Below, one piece after another: positions 8,270 through 8,668 of a stretch of DNA of 8,668 nt. Each line of letters begins with the position of its first letter. Positions within the stretch are counted from its first letter, which is position 1. This DNA comes from Octopus sinensis. Its lineage: Eukaryota. Location: the NCBI RefSeq assembly GCF_006345805.1, contig NW_021828356.1, forward strand, positions 1-8,668, written 5' to 3'. The position numbers and the translations under genes were made by a program. The notes under the pieces are model-generated. The model was not told the DNA's origin. It was given only the letters and a program-made list of their open reading frames with translations, and made no database searches.

Positions 8270-8407
8270 GAATACGATAAAATAAACAGGAGAAAATTTT
8301 TAAAATCTTGTGAATTTAGCGGTCAAGCATGGCGACAGGTTTGAATAAAAAGGTTTGACAGGAAAAGATGAAAGAAGAGGAGATAATAAAGTATATATAT
8401 ATATATC

Positions 8408-8668
8408 TGAGACCCCCCTTCGGTCATGACTGACCATGGGAGTGCACCTAGAAAGTTACCCTCCCAGGCACAAATCCGGGCAAGGTTGTTTTATGGAAGA
8501 CCAGCAGTCGTCCATGCATACCAGCCTCCCCTCTCCACGCCCCCAGTGTTATCCAAGGGAAAGACAAAGGTCGATACAGCTTGGCACCTGTGACGTTGCA
8601 ACTCATTTCTACAGCTGAGTGAACTGGAGCAACGTGAAATAAAGTGTCTTGCTCAAGAACACAACACG
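8408..8668 (-). mobile_element. CORE-type SINE (5' tRNA head lies beyond the window edge)
   Basis: Minus strand TGTGTTCTTGAGCAAGACACTTTATTTCACGTTGCTCCAGTTCACTCAGCTGTAGAAATGAG resembles the MIR/CORE block (TGTGACCTTGGGCAAGTCACTT...CAGTTTCCTCATCTGTAAAATGG). A 3' stem-loop (8422-8435) is followed by a (TA)n tail. Confidence 0.72.

Overview
Eukaryotic, microsatellite-saturated intergenic or intronic DNA. The (TA)n/(GATA)n/(ACAT)n/(ACC)n/(GAT)n/(GT)n landscape and a CORE-type SINE suggest a cephalopod (Octopus-like) genome; this is inference. No credible host protein-coding gene was found, and nearly all ORFs in the track are simple-repeat artefacts. The unique islands between the repeats are mostly mobile-element relics: (i) several hammerhead-ribozyme (HHR) modules of the minimal type-I kind known from Penelope-like elements/retrozymes, namely an intact core at 8234-8269(-), a variant at 3342-3376(+), a long-stem-II degenerate copy at 4181-4269(-) and a half-motif at 3835-3846(-); (ii) a 35-bp-arm foldback palindrome; (iii) a 237-bp Tc1/mariner MITE; (iv) a rearranged DD41D-like mariner transposase relic with an internal inversion and a duplicated breakpoint; (v) a LINE-like 3' end inside a GATA array; (vi) a CORE-like SINE at the right edge; (vii) a small CpG-rich YY1/X-box promoter-like island.
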